Source: Trypanosoma brucei (Eukaryota). Taken from it: DNA of 64,000 nucleotides. The position numbers were made by a program, and so were the translations under genes. The stretch lies in contig CH464491.1 in the NCBI GenBank assembly GCA_000002445.1, positions 2,560,001 through 2,624,000 of the forward strand. Reading direction: 5' to 3'. The notes under the pieces were generated by a model, which searched no databases, was not told the origin of the DNA, and saw only the letters and a list, made by a program, of their open reading frames with translations. Positions 53,280 through 64,000 of the stretch are shown here, piece after piece (the stretch's first letter is position 1; each line of letters begins with the position of its first letter).

Positions 53280-54635
53280 ATGCGCTACGAGAGTGTCTTA
53301 CTTCGTCTAAGTGACGAAGAGCGTGAGGAGTTACAACTTCTCATTGCTGCGTTAAATGTTAGCGAGTACACCGACGACGTCGACGATATACGTCGACTGA
53401 GTGCCCGCGATGACCGAATGTGCCGCTGCATCCGCGAGCTCTTCGATACAGTATTGGGTCTGTACGTTGCCTCCGGCAGAGTTCCACGTGAGATGAAGGA
53501 GGGAATTGCAAGTGGCAGAGCCTCCACGCAGATGACGCTGAAGATACTTCCCTCACTCTTCGAGATATTTCGGCGCCACAAGCGGCTAAACCCCTTCAGC
53601 AATAGAAGTGAATTCGGGAAGTTAACCATGCTCCTCCAGGACCTGCGGAAGCCAACGGTCCAACAGCGGCTAGAGATATGCCACAGTCTCATAATTCCTG
53701 TGAAGACGGTTGGAGGGGAATTGCAACGTGTTGGAGCCGAAGCGATGCTGAGAGATCCTGACCTTGGGGAATATTTGAATTCTTTCGATAAGAACAAGGT
53801 CACCGCCTTTGACCGACTCCTGGGACGTTATGGAGGTGCCGAGAGCTCAACTGTTGAGCGTTGTCTGCGTTCCATTGACGATGTTCATCAGTTCCTCGAA
53901 AGTAATATTCGGCCCCTAGTGTGGATGCGTAATATAATTAGTGAAGAGTTTTGTCCATTAGACAAAAACTGTAAATACAATCTGGCTATTCAGCAAGGCG
54001 TTGATGGATCGTTGCTTACACACGAACACAGTGTTCAATGTGCCTACGTAATCGAGTCTCTTTCCCTGTGGATAAAGGTGCAGCAGAGCATCTTTGAGTT
54101 TTGGCAGGTATCAGAGGACGATATGCTCATCGACGGGAGTGGGCAATACTCCCTCGTGAATACTGGGCAGGGGTATCATCGGTTGTGTCATGCGCGTAAA
54201 AGTTACGCTCGTATGTCAAGGGTTGTGAATGAGACAGAACATCAGCTGGGTCGTTGGATTGGGATTAAGGTTATTCACCTAGGAGATCGGGATGTCCCTA
54301 ACCCCCTGGTGTTTATCGACAAGTATACCGTGATTCCCCGTATAGTGCAGCCTATAATGCATGTCATGATGGCGCTTGAGAAAATATTTTCCCCCGATGC
54401 CAAAGAGGAACATCCGGGTGTCCGTAACTTTCTGCGTTCTAAGTACAGCTCCTTCCCTGAACTTCGAATGACGATACTATCAGATTTTTTCCGGCACGCT
54501 TTTGACGGCTCGGGCGACGATGGAGGGAACTGCATCGATGGGAGACTAACCTCAGCATGGAATTGGTGTCACCAACTGCATAAAAAGTCGTTCTATGACG
54601 CGTTTGTCTTAACAGGCTTCAATGGATTTGACTAA
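53280..54635 (+). CDS. Conserved-looking hypothetical protein
   Basis: 451-aa ORF of balanced composition. It has a C-terminal 'WNWCHQLHKKSFYDAFVLTGFNGFD' motif. Family not confidently recognised. Confidence 0.45.
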   Translation: MRYESVLLRLSDEEREELQLLIAALNVSEYTDDVDDIRRLSARDDRMCRCIRELFDTVLGLYVASGRVPREMKEGIASGRASTQMTLKILPSLFEIFRRHKRLNPFSNRSEFGKLTMLLQDLRKPTVQQRLEICHSLIIPVKTVGGELQRVGAEAMLRDPDLGEYLNSFDKNKVTAFDRLLGRYGGAESSTVERCLRSIDDVHQFLESNIRPLVWMRNIISEEFCPLDKNCKYNLAIQQGVDGSLLTHEHSVQCAYVIESLSLWIKVQQSIFEFWQVSEDDMLIDGSGQYSLVNTGQGYHRLCHARKSYARMSRVVNETEHQLGRWIGIKVIHLGDRDVPNPLVFIDKYTVIPRIVQPIMHVMMALEKIFSPDAKEEHPGVRNFLRSKYSSFPELRMTILSDFFRHAFDGSGDDGGNCIDGRLTSAWNWCHQLHKKSFYDAFVLTGFNGFD

Positions 54636-54940
54636 ATCAGCACGCGTGGTCTGTGGATCCGCTGTTCCAGCAAAAAATATATTCCTTTTTTTGAAGAAGG
54701 GGATGTGCTGACAGTGGGGAGCCAATGCTTGGACCGGGTGGAAGTAGAGGGAACTCCTTCATGCAACTCAAGCATAAGTGCACAAAGGGTTTTACAGATC
54801 TTGATGTTGGCATGTGGTCTTTACGGTTCGTTTATTCTTCATATTTACCCTTTTCCACCCCTTTTACTGGTTGGTTGCCCTTCGTTTGATCGAAGTTCTT
54901 GGTTTTGAGAAGCGCTTTTATCAATATTTCTAGGTAGGGG

Positions 54941-56689
54941 ATGATCGACACGCTTTCGATAGTTAGTAATGGGGGGATTGTGCTGTGGGAGCGAAGTTCA
55001 GATGTTTCTAGAAAATGCTCAATAATTAATCAGGTCATCCAGGAGTTTCTTCTTGAGGATCGCGCTGGTATGCACGAGACCGTAATTGGTGATTACAAAG
55101 TTCATTGGATGTTGGAAAACGATGCACATTTCTTTGTTGTGGCAATACACCCGAAGTTTGTTTCGTACCCGCAGATGTGTGCCTTTCTACGGACCATTGC
55201 TAGGTGTTTTGTCAAGAAGTACGGACGGGTGCGAGACAATGTGCTTGTGGAATACGACTTTTCAGCTGAATACGCGGAGACTCTTTCGATGCTTGATGCC
55301 GGTGTTCCTGGTGTTGATGCATTGGGTGGCGGCGATCAAATTAGTAACGGTGACACCGAGGGGGAAGAGGAGGATGAGGATTTGTTGGAAGATGCAGCAG
55401 ACAGGGAGCCGCAAGGTGAAGGTGAGTGCAGTGCTGCCGGTGCCGCCTCAGGGGCCTATCAAGGGCCTGATACATTCGTTACCAAAAGCGGCCATGTTAT
55501 TGGTCGAAAAGGTAAGAAACTAGCTGGATCCAAGTCTACAACTGCAACCTCCCAGAAACGAAGCAAGCAGGTGAAGCGCGCCACCCGCTGGGATGAACCA
55601 TCGGCCGACAGCGCTGTGGAAGAGCAGCGGGGGCAGGGAACCAGACCAACCGAAGAAGAACTTGAAGTACAGACTGCGTTGCAGAGAGCGGCCTTTATCA
55701 AACGGTTACCTAATGGCAGTGTGGCTCCGGTACGGGAGAAGGAGTGGGAGGGTCAGCAAAGGGGTCTCCTGGCCAATTGGCTTCGTTCTTATGTTGGTCG
55801 ACGTGAATTGGACAGTCAAGACTTTAACAATGTCATACCCGGCCTACGTGAGAAACTTATTACCAAAAATGTTGCTGTGGAGGTGGCTGAGCACGTATGC
55901 AAGTCTGTAGAAGCGTCGCTGACCGGAAAGGTTCTTGGAACCTTTGAGTCCCTGCATCAATGCATTGAAGCCGCCATGATCTCTGCACTCCGTCGCATAC
56001 TTCAGCCAAAACATGAGATAAACATCCTGCGTGCGGTAGCATCATCGAGGGGGCGAAATAAGCCATACTCCATTGTGCTCTGCGGTGTAAATGGCGTCGG
56101 TAAGTCAACAACCCTTGCCAAGATAACATACTGGCTCCAGCAGAATGGCCACACTGTCATGATCGCTGCAGGTGACACGTTTCGCCACGGTGCAGTGGAG
56201 CAATTGGAGGTACATGGGCGCTGCCTGGGCGTGGACGTCTTCCAAATGGGGTATGGGACTGACCCATCTGCAGTTGCAGCGGCGGCTATATCACGAGCTA
56301 CTCGTGATGGCTGCGATGTGGTGATGATCGACACCGCGGGAAGGATGCAAGATCACGAGTCTCGCATGCGTGCTCTTGCGAAACTCATTCATGATAACCA
56401 GCCTGATCTGGTTCTGTTTGTTGGCGAGGCTCTGGTGGGAAACACTGGTGTGGACCAGCTTCGGCGCTTTAATCAGTGTCTTGTTGATTTTGTGCCTGTT
56501 GGAAGCGTGCCACGTGGCATTGATGGGATTGTACTTACAAAGTTTGACACCATCGACGATAAGGTGGGTGCCGCCGTCTCGATGGTATACGAACTGGGTC
56601 AGCCGATTGTTTTCGTTGGGGCAGGGCAAACTTACCAGGATTTGAAAGTAATGGAGCCAGATGTTGTTGTCAGCGCTTTAATGGCGTAG
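54941..56689 (+). CDS. SRPRA: Signal recognition particle receptor alpha subunit (SR-alpha, FtsY homologue)
   Basis: 582 aa. The N-terminal SRX domain 'MIDTLSIVSNGGIVLWERS' matches SR-alpha 'MLDFFTIFSKGGLVLWCF'. An acidic linker follows. The C-terminal NG GTPase domain has G1 'LCGVNGVGKSTTLAKI', 'DTAGR' and 'TKFDTIDDKVGAAVSMVYELGQPIVFVGAGQTYQDL'. Confidence 0.9.
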   Translation: MIDTLSIVSNGGIVLWERSSDVSRKCSIINQVIQEFLLEDRAGMHETVIGDYKVHWMLENDAHFFVVAIHPKFVSYPQMCAFLRTIARCFVKKYGRVRDNVLVEYDFSAEYAETLSMLDAGVPGVDALGGGDQISNGDTEGEEEDEDLLEDAADREPQGEGECSAAGAASGAYQGPDTFVTKSGHVIGRKGKKLAGSKSTTATSQKRSKQVKRATRWDEPSADSAVEEQRGQGTRPTEEELEVQTALQRAAFIKRLPNGSVAPVREKEWEGQQRGLLANWLRSYVGRRELDSQDFNNVIPGLREKLITKNVAVEVAEHVCKSVEASLTGKVLGTFESLHQCIEAAMISALRRILQPKHEINILRAVASSRGRNKPYSIVLCGVNGVGKSTTLAKITYWLQQNGHTVMIAAGDTFRHGAVEQLEVHGRCLGVDVFQMGYGTDPSAVAAAAISRATRDGCDVVMIDTAGRMQDHESRMRALAKLIHDNQPDLVLFVGEALVGNTGVDQLRRFNQCLVDFVPVGSVPRGIDGIVLTKFDTIDDKVGAAVSMVYELGQPIVFVGAGQTYQDLKVMEPDVVVSALMA

Positions 56690-56960
56690 AGAAAGCCGGT
56701 CGGCACACAACTCCGAGCAGCTACAACTATGTATGCGCACTACGGATCTATTGACAACACAGAGGCCTGGAAGGGGGAAGCAGCATGAACTCGTACGGTT
56801 GCTAACCCAGTCATATCCGTTTAATAACCTTGGTTTGGGTAAATTTTTGTGGTTTCCACTCTGAATCGTACTGCTGGTTGTTCCTTCTACAACAATTCTA
56901 TCTTACCGTGTTTCTTCCGGTTTTCCCCTTGTTGTAATCATCGACAAGGGGAGGGTAATT

Positions 56961-56980
56961 GTGTGTGTGTGTGTGTGTGT
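56961..56980. repeat. (GT)10 microsatellite
   Basis: 'gtgtgtgtgtgtgtgtgtgt' lies in the intergenic region between SR-alpha and the NDUFAF6-like gene. Confidence 0.9.
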
Positions 56981-57737
56981 GGGTACTGAATGGCTCTAAA
57001 TCCCACCCGTATAGAGTTACTTCCCACGACCCGCTCCTGTCCGCAGAGGCGACGTATCTTGCATCTTCGAAAGCCGAGCGAACTACCCGTACGGAATAAC
57101 TCCCTGGATGGTAGACGAAGGTAAGCAAGTCGTGGTTGCCCCAGGAGTCCCAACCCCCGAAATCGTCGGAAGGCGCCACCAACTGGCGCAAAACGCAGCG
57201 GGAACGCATCAAACCGTTACAGGTATATGGAAGCAACTGATACGTGCCATTTCCTTAGTGGGTGAAGTGGATATTCCGTTAATGTGCACTTAATGTTGCT
57301 CCACCGTTCTGGGGCAGAGGAGTGGCCTCGTAAATTCTCTTTTGAATTGGTGTGTGTAGGCTTAGCTGGACAACTTACCCCACGGTGGCGCCTGGTTCTG
57401 TGGCCGACCCCCTCGGCGATGTTGGCTACTCCACTGGGCACGCTCTATGAGTATATGAGGTCGATAAAGGCCACCAGCTGTTCGTGGGATGGCTTTCTCG
57501 GGCCTCGCGTGTGCTTACGTCCATTACGATAGGAAGCAAGGTATGAAAATCCTGTGCTGGCTATATGAAAGTGTCAAGTAACTGTGTACCTAAACAGGCT
57601 GTCTGCTTCACCTCCGTCTCCGGTTTGCTTTCTAGGTGTTTCATGTTTTCTCTTCCCCCCCCCCGCATTTTACGTTCCAATTATTCACTGGTGAATGCTT
57701 GGCTGGGAATTAGGTAATTGTCCGGTGCCGCTGCGGT

Positions 57738-59414
57738 TTGTCACTGCTCTTGATGTTGCGCCGTTCTTTCTTGCTTGGGCGTGGAGTGGCTCTGAGGTCA
57801 ACCGCAAGGTTGTTTGGTGGTGGTGGTGGTGGCATCCGCCTGCCGGACGATGATGGCATCAGTGCAGAGTTGCGGGGCTTTGGCGAGTATGGCGGGTCTA
57901 TTTCCGCGTTTGTTAAAGCAGGGGGTGAGGACCAAGGGAAACGTGTGGGCGGCTCCAAAGTGTTTCCTTGTGGTGAGGCAGATCCCACTATCCAGGCTGT
58001 GAAAGCGCAGCACATGGCCGAGATTGCCAAAACCGGGAAACTTCCGTCGCCACGGAATGTTGTATCGACATCGGGATCATCGGCAACGCCGAAAGGTGGA
58101 CATGACGGCGTTGGCCATGCGACTGCAGGGATGGCCTCTTCATCGTCACTCCCCCGTAGGGTCGCTTCGTTGCCACGGGAGGCGGCCGCGAACTACCCGG
58201 CAACCCTTGCTCGGAATGAGACGACGAATTCTGCACGCGATCTTGGAGGTCCCGAGGGGCAATCGCGTGCGAAGGAGGCCGAAGACTACTATCGTGCCGT
58301 CCCCCGAAATGCCCTTTCAAAGGAGGAGATGTGGAGGCGCATCACCACAGCCACATCAGACAAAGCGGAGCGGGCTTCTTCGACCCTCCACGCATCTGAG
58401 GAAGATTATTTGAAGATGGAAGAAGAGCTGCAGGAGCACGACCTCTACCATTTTCGTATTGGCGAGTTGGCTTTCCCAGAGCAGAGATTACGGCGCAATT
58501 ACTACGCTATGTGGCTTCTGGCGATGTACTTAAACAAGGCTCGTTGGACAATGCTCGACGTACATTCTCAGCGAGGTGTGAAAACGACGGGCGCCGGGAT
58601 GAAACTTTTGTTTTGGAAGGAGTCGGTTAGTCAAATCATGGAAAAGCGGAGTATGCCTGCTGGTCAGTTCACTGACTCCCATCCCGTGCTGCGCCCGTTC
58701 GCAGCTGTTGTGGAGCAAAACCCGCACATGACAAAGGCATTTGTACGCGGTTTCAGTGAAGCAAGGTTGCGCGTCATCCAGCAGCCAGGAAATGTCAAAC
58801 AACTTTTTGACCACTTTGATCGTTATTATGGCTATTTCTTTAACTCGCTTCTGGAAGTTGCGCAAGTAAAGGACGAAAACGCAGGGCACTTAATGCAGCA
58901 TATTGGACGGGCCATTGGTCTTACACAACACTGTGTGATGTTCTGGAAGAAGTATGCGCGTATTGGTTTCACTATGCTCCCTGCTGATCTTTGTGCGGAC
59001 AATCATGTGAACCTCGCTCTTCTGCGAAACATATCGCTGGCGGCAAGGGATCGTGCTGTCCGGAGACTTCTGTACGATGTTATGTGCATTGTTAAGACGG
59101 AGATGCTGCATGCTCAGCAACTAGCGCCACACTGCAGTCCCGCGGCGTGGCCCATCGTTATGGAGTGCACGTACGCTAACTATTATTTGGGCTTCTTGCA
59201 GCGCCGTGATTTCAATGTTAGCGCTATGTTTGCCGACAATAACGTCGAAAACGCGGGGTTTGCATGGTACCGAGTTAAAAAGCGCTGGGAGTGGGAAAAG
59301 CATCAAAGCATCGAACGCCTTGTGGCTGAAAGCGCGCCGCTGCCTTTCATAGGAACGTCGTGGGGCCATCGCGGTTCTGACTACAAGATAGCTTCTGGAT
59401 TCGGGCGGAAGTGA
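57738..59414 (+). CDS. NDUFAF6-like protein (phytoene/squalene synthase-fold complex I assembly factor 6 family) with an N-terminal mitochondrial-type presequence
   Basis: 558 aa. The N-terminus is 'MSLLLMLRRSFLLGRGVALRS'. The C-terminal 330 aa follows the NDUFAF6 pattern: 'YAMWLLAMYLNKA', 'AGMKLLFWKESVSQI' (matching 'RMQFWKDAI'), 'HPVLRPFAAVV', 'LFDHFDRYYGYFFNSLLEV' (matching 'LEEYAENTQSSLLYL'), 'AGHLMQHIGRAIGLTQ' (matching 'ADHAASHIGKAQGI') and 'IGFTMLPAD' (matching 'KVYLPMD'). Confidence 0.5.
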   Translation: MSLLLMLRRSFLLGRGVALRSTARLFGGGGGGIRLPDDDGISAELRGFGEYGGSISAFVKAGGEDQGKRVGGSKVFPCGEADPTIQAVKAQHMAEIAKTGKLPSPRNVVSTSGSSATPKGGHDGVGHATAGMASSSSLPRRVASLPREAAANYPATLARNETTNSARDLGGPEGQSRAKEAEDYYRAVPRNALSKEEMWRRITTATSDKAERASSTLHASEEDYLKMEEELQEHDLYHFRIGELAFPEQRLRRNYYAMWLLAMYLNKARWTMLDVHSQRGVKTTGAGMKLLFWKESVSQIMEKRSMPAGQFTDSHPVLRPFAAVVEQNPHMTKAFVRGFSEARLRVIQQPGNVKQLFDHFDRYYGYFFNSLLEVAQVKDENAGHLMQHIGRAIGLTQHCVMFWKKYARIGFTMLPADLCADNHVNLALLRNISLAARDRAVRRLLYDVMCIVKTEMLHAQQLAPHCSPAAWPIVMECTYANYYLGFLQRRDFNVSAMFADNNVENAGFAWYRVKKRWEWEKHQSIERLVAESAPLPFIGTSWGHRGSDYKIASGFGRK

Positions 59415-60219
59415 TGGGAGAAGGAGGGAAATGATTGAGTTAAGAAAAGTGTCACTGCTGAGGTTATTCTGTGTTTTCAATCAGTTGGTTTAATGCTGGT
59501 TTTGAGCACGTTTTCTTGTTTGAGTGAACTTCATGTTTTGTTATAGGCTTCACTCGTTATACGGTGGATGTGTCGTCTTTTCCATTCTCCTTCGCACCTG
59601 GTTTCACCGCAGATTGGGAGGAATTTTCGGCTGCCAGTAAGCAAGAGTGCACGTACCCGTTGCTCACTTACCTCGGGACCTTTGCGGTGCACAGGTATTT
59701 GTGCCAAATGAACGCGAAGCGTAGCGAAATTGATGCGTGCGGCTTCCTTAGTGCCCAGATACCTTTTTTGTGGTATGTTCCTCGGTGCTTCAGTTTGTTC
59801 GGACTGACTTCGAAGTTATAACTGAGGGAAGTTTTTCGTGAAGTGACTTACGTTCATAACGGGGCCAAGTGGGGGTGCTTTTCAGAGTTCCTTTTTGTGT
59901 TTGTGCGCGTGCTAACCCGAACCGTTGTGGAGAGAGTATCTTTGAATCGCCGAGTGTATCTTTTTCGACGCGAGAACTCCATCTTGATTTATCAGGCCGC
60001 AGTAAGTTCTTTTGGAGGCTTATGGTGTTCGCGGCGTGGTGTCTGCACGTGTGCCTCCCCTTTAACTTGCGTCTAGGAGCAGGCAACACGACGATATACG
60101 AGGCGTTGGGACTGGTAGAACGTTGCCTCCTTACTCACATGGTCCTGCTGATCCTTTTATTTTCCATATTTTTGCTCAAAAATTTTACTAACCCTAGCCT
60201 GTAGTGTCCCTTTTGGTAA

Positions 60220-61323
60220 GTGATGTCTACCGGTGAGAGCGCGGAGCTTCATGAACCAACCATGGGCCCTATTAAGTACGTTTTCATTCCCGTTGAGGAG
60301 ACTAGAGAGCCAAAGGAGTTGCTGTTTGCGGGAGGGAGCGATGAAGAGTTCCGTGGGTCCATCACACAGTATTTTCGTCAAAAATTGCTTTCACAGGAGC
60401 AAAAGAATGAGATGACCAAACATCTCGTACAGAAGGCAAGTGAGAGTGGGAATCGCGGAGATGATACCGCCCCGCCTCAAGTAAGTGCGCAGCAACAAAA
60501 CGAACTCATCTCCGAGTACCTCGAGCAAACATCATTTGAGATTGTCCCGATAGTAATGCCGGCGAGGGACAACAAGTTCGTCGGGACATCACTTTACATT
60601 GATGACAGTGGGAGGTTCAAAGATCTGCCACTGAACTGTCGTGCCAGTAAAATCGCCCAGAGGGATATCCGAGGCGACGCATTTCTCCTATCCAACCATG
60701 ATGACCCAGCTCTTGATGAGTGGGGCCGTGTTGACTGTTCACTTTCGACATACAACGAACTTCTCGCCAACCCACCTACCACAAAGTACGATGCCTCCGA
60801 CAGGGCTCAGATGGCTTCTCTGACCATGCAACGTGAAAGCGAAACAAAATGCATAAGTGAAGTAGATGTTTCCAAAGCTAAGGAAGCTAAAGAGGCAGGC
60901 AACAAATTTTTTACTGAAGGAGATATAAAGGCGGCTGTTCAGGCCTACAGCGAATGTGCAGACCTCACTGAAGGCAGAAGAGATTTGCTCCCCAACGAAG
61001 CTGAGGTAACTTCTCTCCGTGTGAGCGCCCTACTGAACCGAAGCCTTTGTCTATATCGCCTGGGAAAGAATGATGATGCTGCCCACGATGCCCGAGCAGT
61101 GCTACAAATCGATGCAAAGAATTTAAAAGCCCATCACCATCTAACGAAAGCCCTTTGTGGGAGCCGTGACTACGATGAAGCAGCGAAATCACTCGAAGCC
61201 TATGAAAAGCTGGGCGGACAACCACAAGATATAGCACAAATCCGTCAGTCTATCGTTGAGGGAAAGAAAAGGTTAATGCAAGAGGAAAAGAATAAATATG
61301 CCAAGATGTTCGCCTCAACTTAA
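60220..61323 (+). CDS. TPR repeat-containing hypothetical protein
   Basis: 367 aa. The C-terminal third has TPR-like helices ('AKEAKEAGNKFFTEGDIKAAVQAYSECADL', 'LLNRSLCLYRLGKNDDAAHDARAVLQIDAKNLKAHHHLTKALCGSRDYDEAAKSLEAYEKLGG'). Confidence 0.6.
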   Translation: MMSTGESAELHEPTMGPIKYVFIPVEETREPKELLFAGGSDEEFRGSITQYFRQKLLSQEQKNEMTKHLVQKASESGNRGDDTAPPQVSAQQQNELISEYLEQTSFEIVPIVMPARDNKFVGTSLYIDDSGRFKDLPLNCRASKIAQRDIRGDAFLLSNHDDPALDEWGRVDCSLSTYNELLANPPTTKYDASDRAQMASLTMQRESETKCISEVDVSKAKEAKEAGNKFFTEGDIKAAVQAYSECADLTEGRRDLLPNEAEVTSLRVSALLNRSLCLYRLGKNDDAAHDARAVLQIDAKNLKAHHHLTKALCGSRDYDEAAKSLEAYEKLGGQPQDIAQIRQSIVEGKKRLMQEEKNKYAKMFAST

Positions 61324-61451
61324 TCACAAAAAGAAATAACGTATTATGATACTATACATTTAACAAAAAAAAATACTACAAAAACTGGAAAAAACTGCAC
61401 CACAAACATTCTTTATTATGCACCTTTAACACAAAAAACCATGTCCGCTAA

Positions 61452-63572
<2,121 letters not shown>

Positions 63573-64000
63573 TGATTTTTTCTTTGCTGTTTTTTTTATA
63601 TTTTTTTATTTTTAGATATATGTGTGGGTTTTTACATTTACATGTATAATATAAATATATATATATATATATATAGTACATGTTTTTTTTCCTTTTTTTT
63701 CTTGTTACACTTCTCTCATTTTCTTTTTTTTTTTGTAGGAAGTTAGTGGTTTAGGTAATTGCTGATGGGAATTGATAATGTTCTTGTGTTTATAGTGTTG
63801 ATGCATTTATGTTGTGAATTACTTATACTGTATGTAAGTATTTAGTGTGATTTCTGCCTATGTTCGGTGTTTAAGCTGTCCGTTTTTTGTAATGCGTAGT
63901 CCTTTTTGCTTTATGTGCCGTTTTGTCCGTAGGCGTATTTACCATTCCTTTTATGTGTCGATTCTGCTGTTTGATATATATATATATATATTTGATGGAC

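Overview
This window is nuclear DNA from a kinetoplastid, most likely Trypanosoma (brucei-like: about 48-50% GC, intronless and densely packed same-strand genes, characteristic protein set). It holds two divergent polycistronic transcription units. About 22 genes on the minus strand span positions 254-36513. About 11 genes on the plus strand span 43645-63572. Between them lies a ~7.1 kb gene-free divergent strand-switch region (36.5-43.6 kb), presumed to be the RNA polymerase II transcription start region for both units. 

Proteins recognised with high confidence are eIF3 subunit i, Snf7/Vps32 (ESCRT-III), glycyl-tRNA synthetase, glycine-cleavage T protein, NAC-beta/BTF3, ribosomal proteins L10a, S27 and L34, Clp1 polynucleotide kinase, a calmodulin-like EF-hand protein, a Nudix hydrolase, SRP receptor alpha and a 9-unit polyubiquitin gene. 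Recognised with lower confidence are an NDUFAF6-like and an NDUFAF3-like protein, a tectonic-like cysteine-rich protein, an EB1-type CH-domain protein, a MORN protein, a tandem UBZ4-RING protein and several hypothetical proteins. 

No prokaryotic-style system (CRISPR, operons, mobile elements) is present. 

The most interesting unexplained structure is the strand-switch region. Its strand composition is mirror-symmetric: GT-rich on each sense strand next to each unit. It also contains a (CCCCACG)5 G-quadruplex-capable repeat inside a GC island, a ~1 kb pyrimidine block, and a C12-A10-(TAAAA)3 tract. Several ORF-free intervals of 1.2-2.7 kb could host undetected small RNAs. I could not identify any tRNA, snRNA or snoRNA by eye, and that should be checked computationally.
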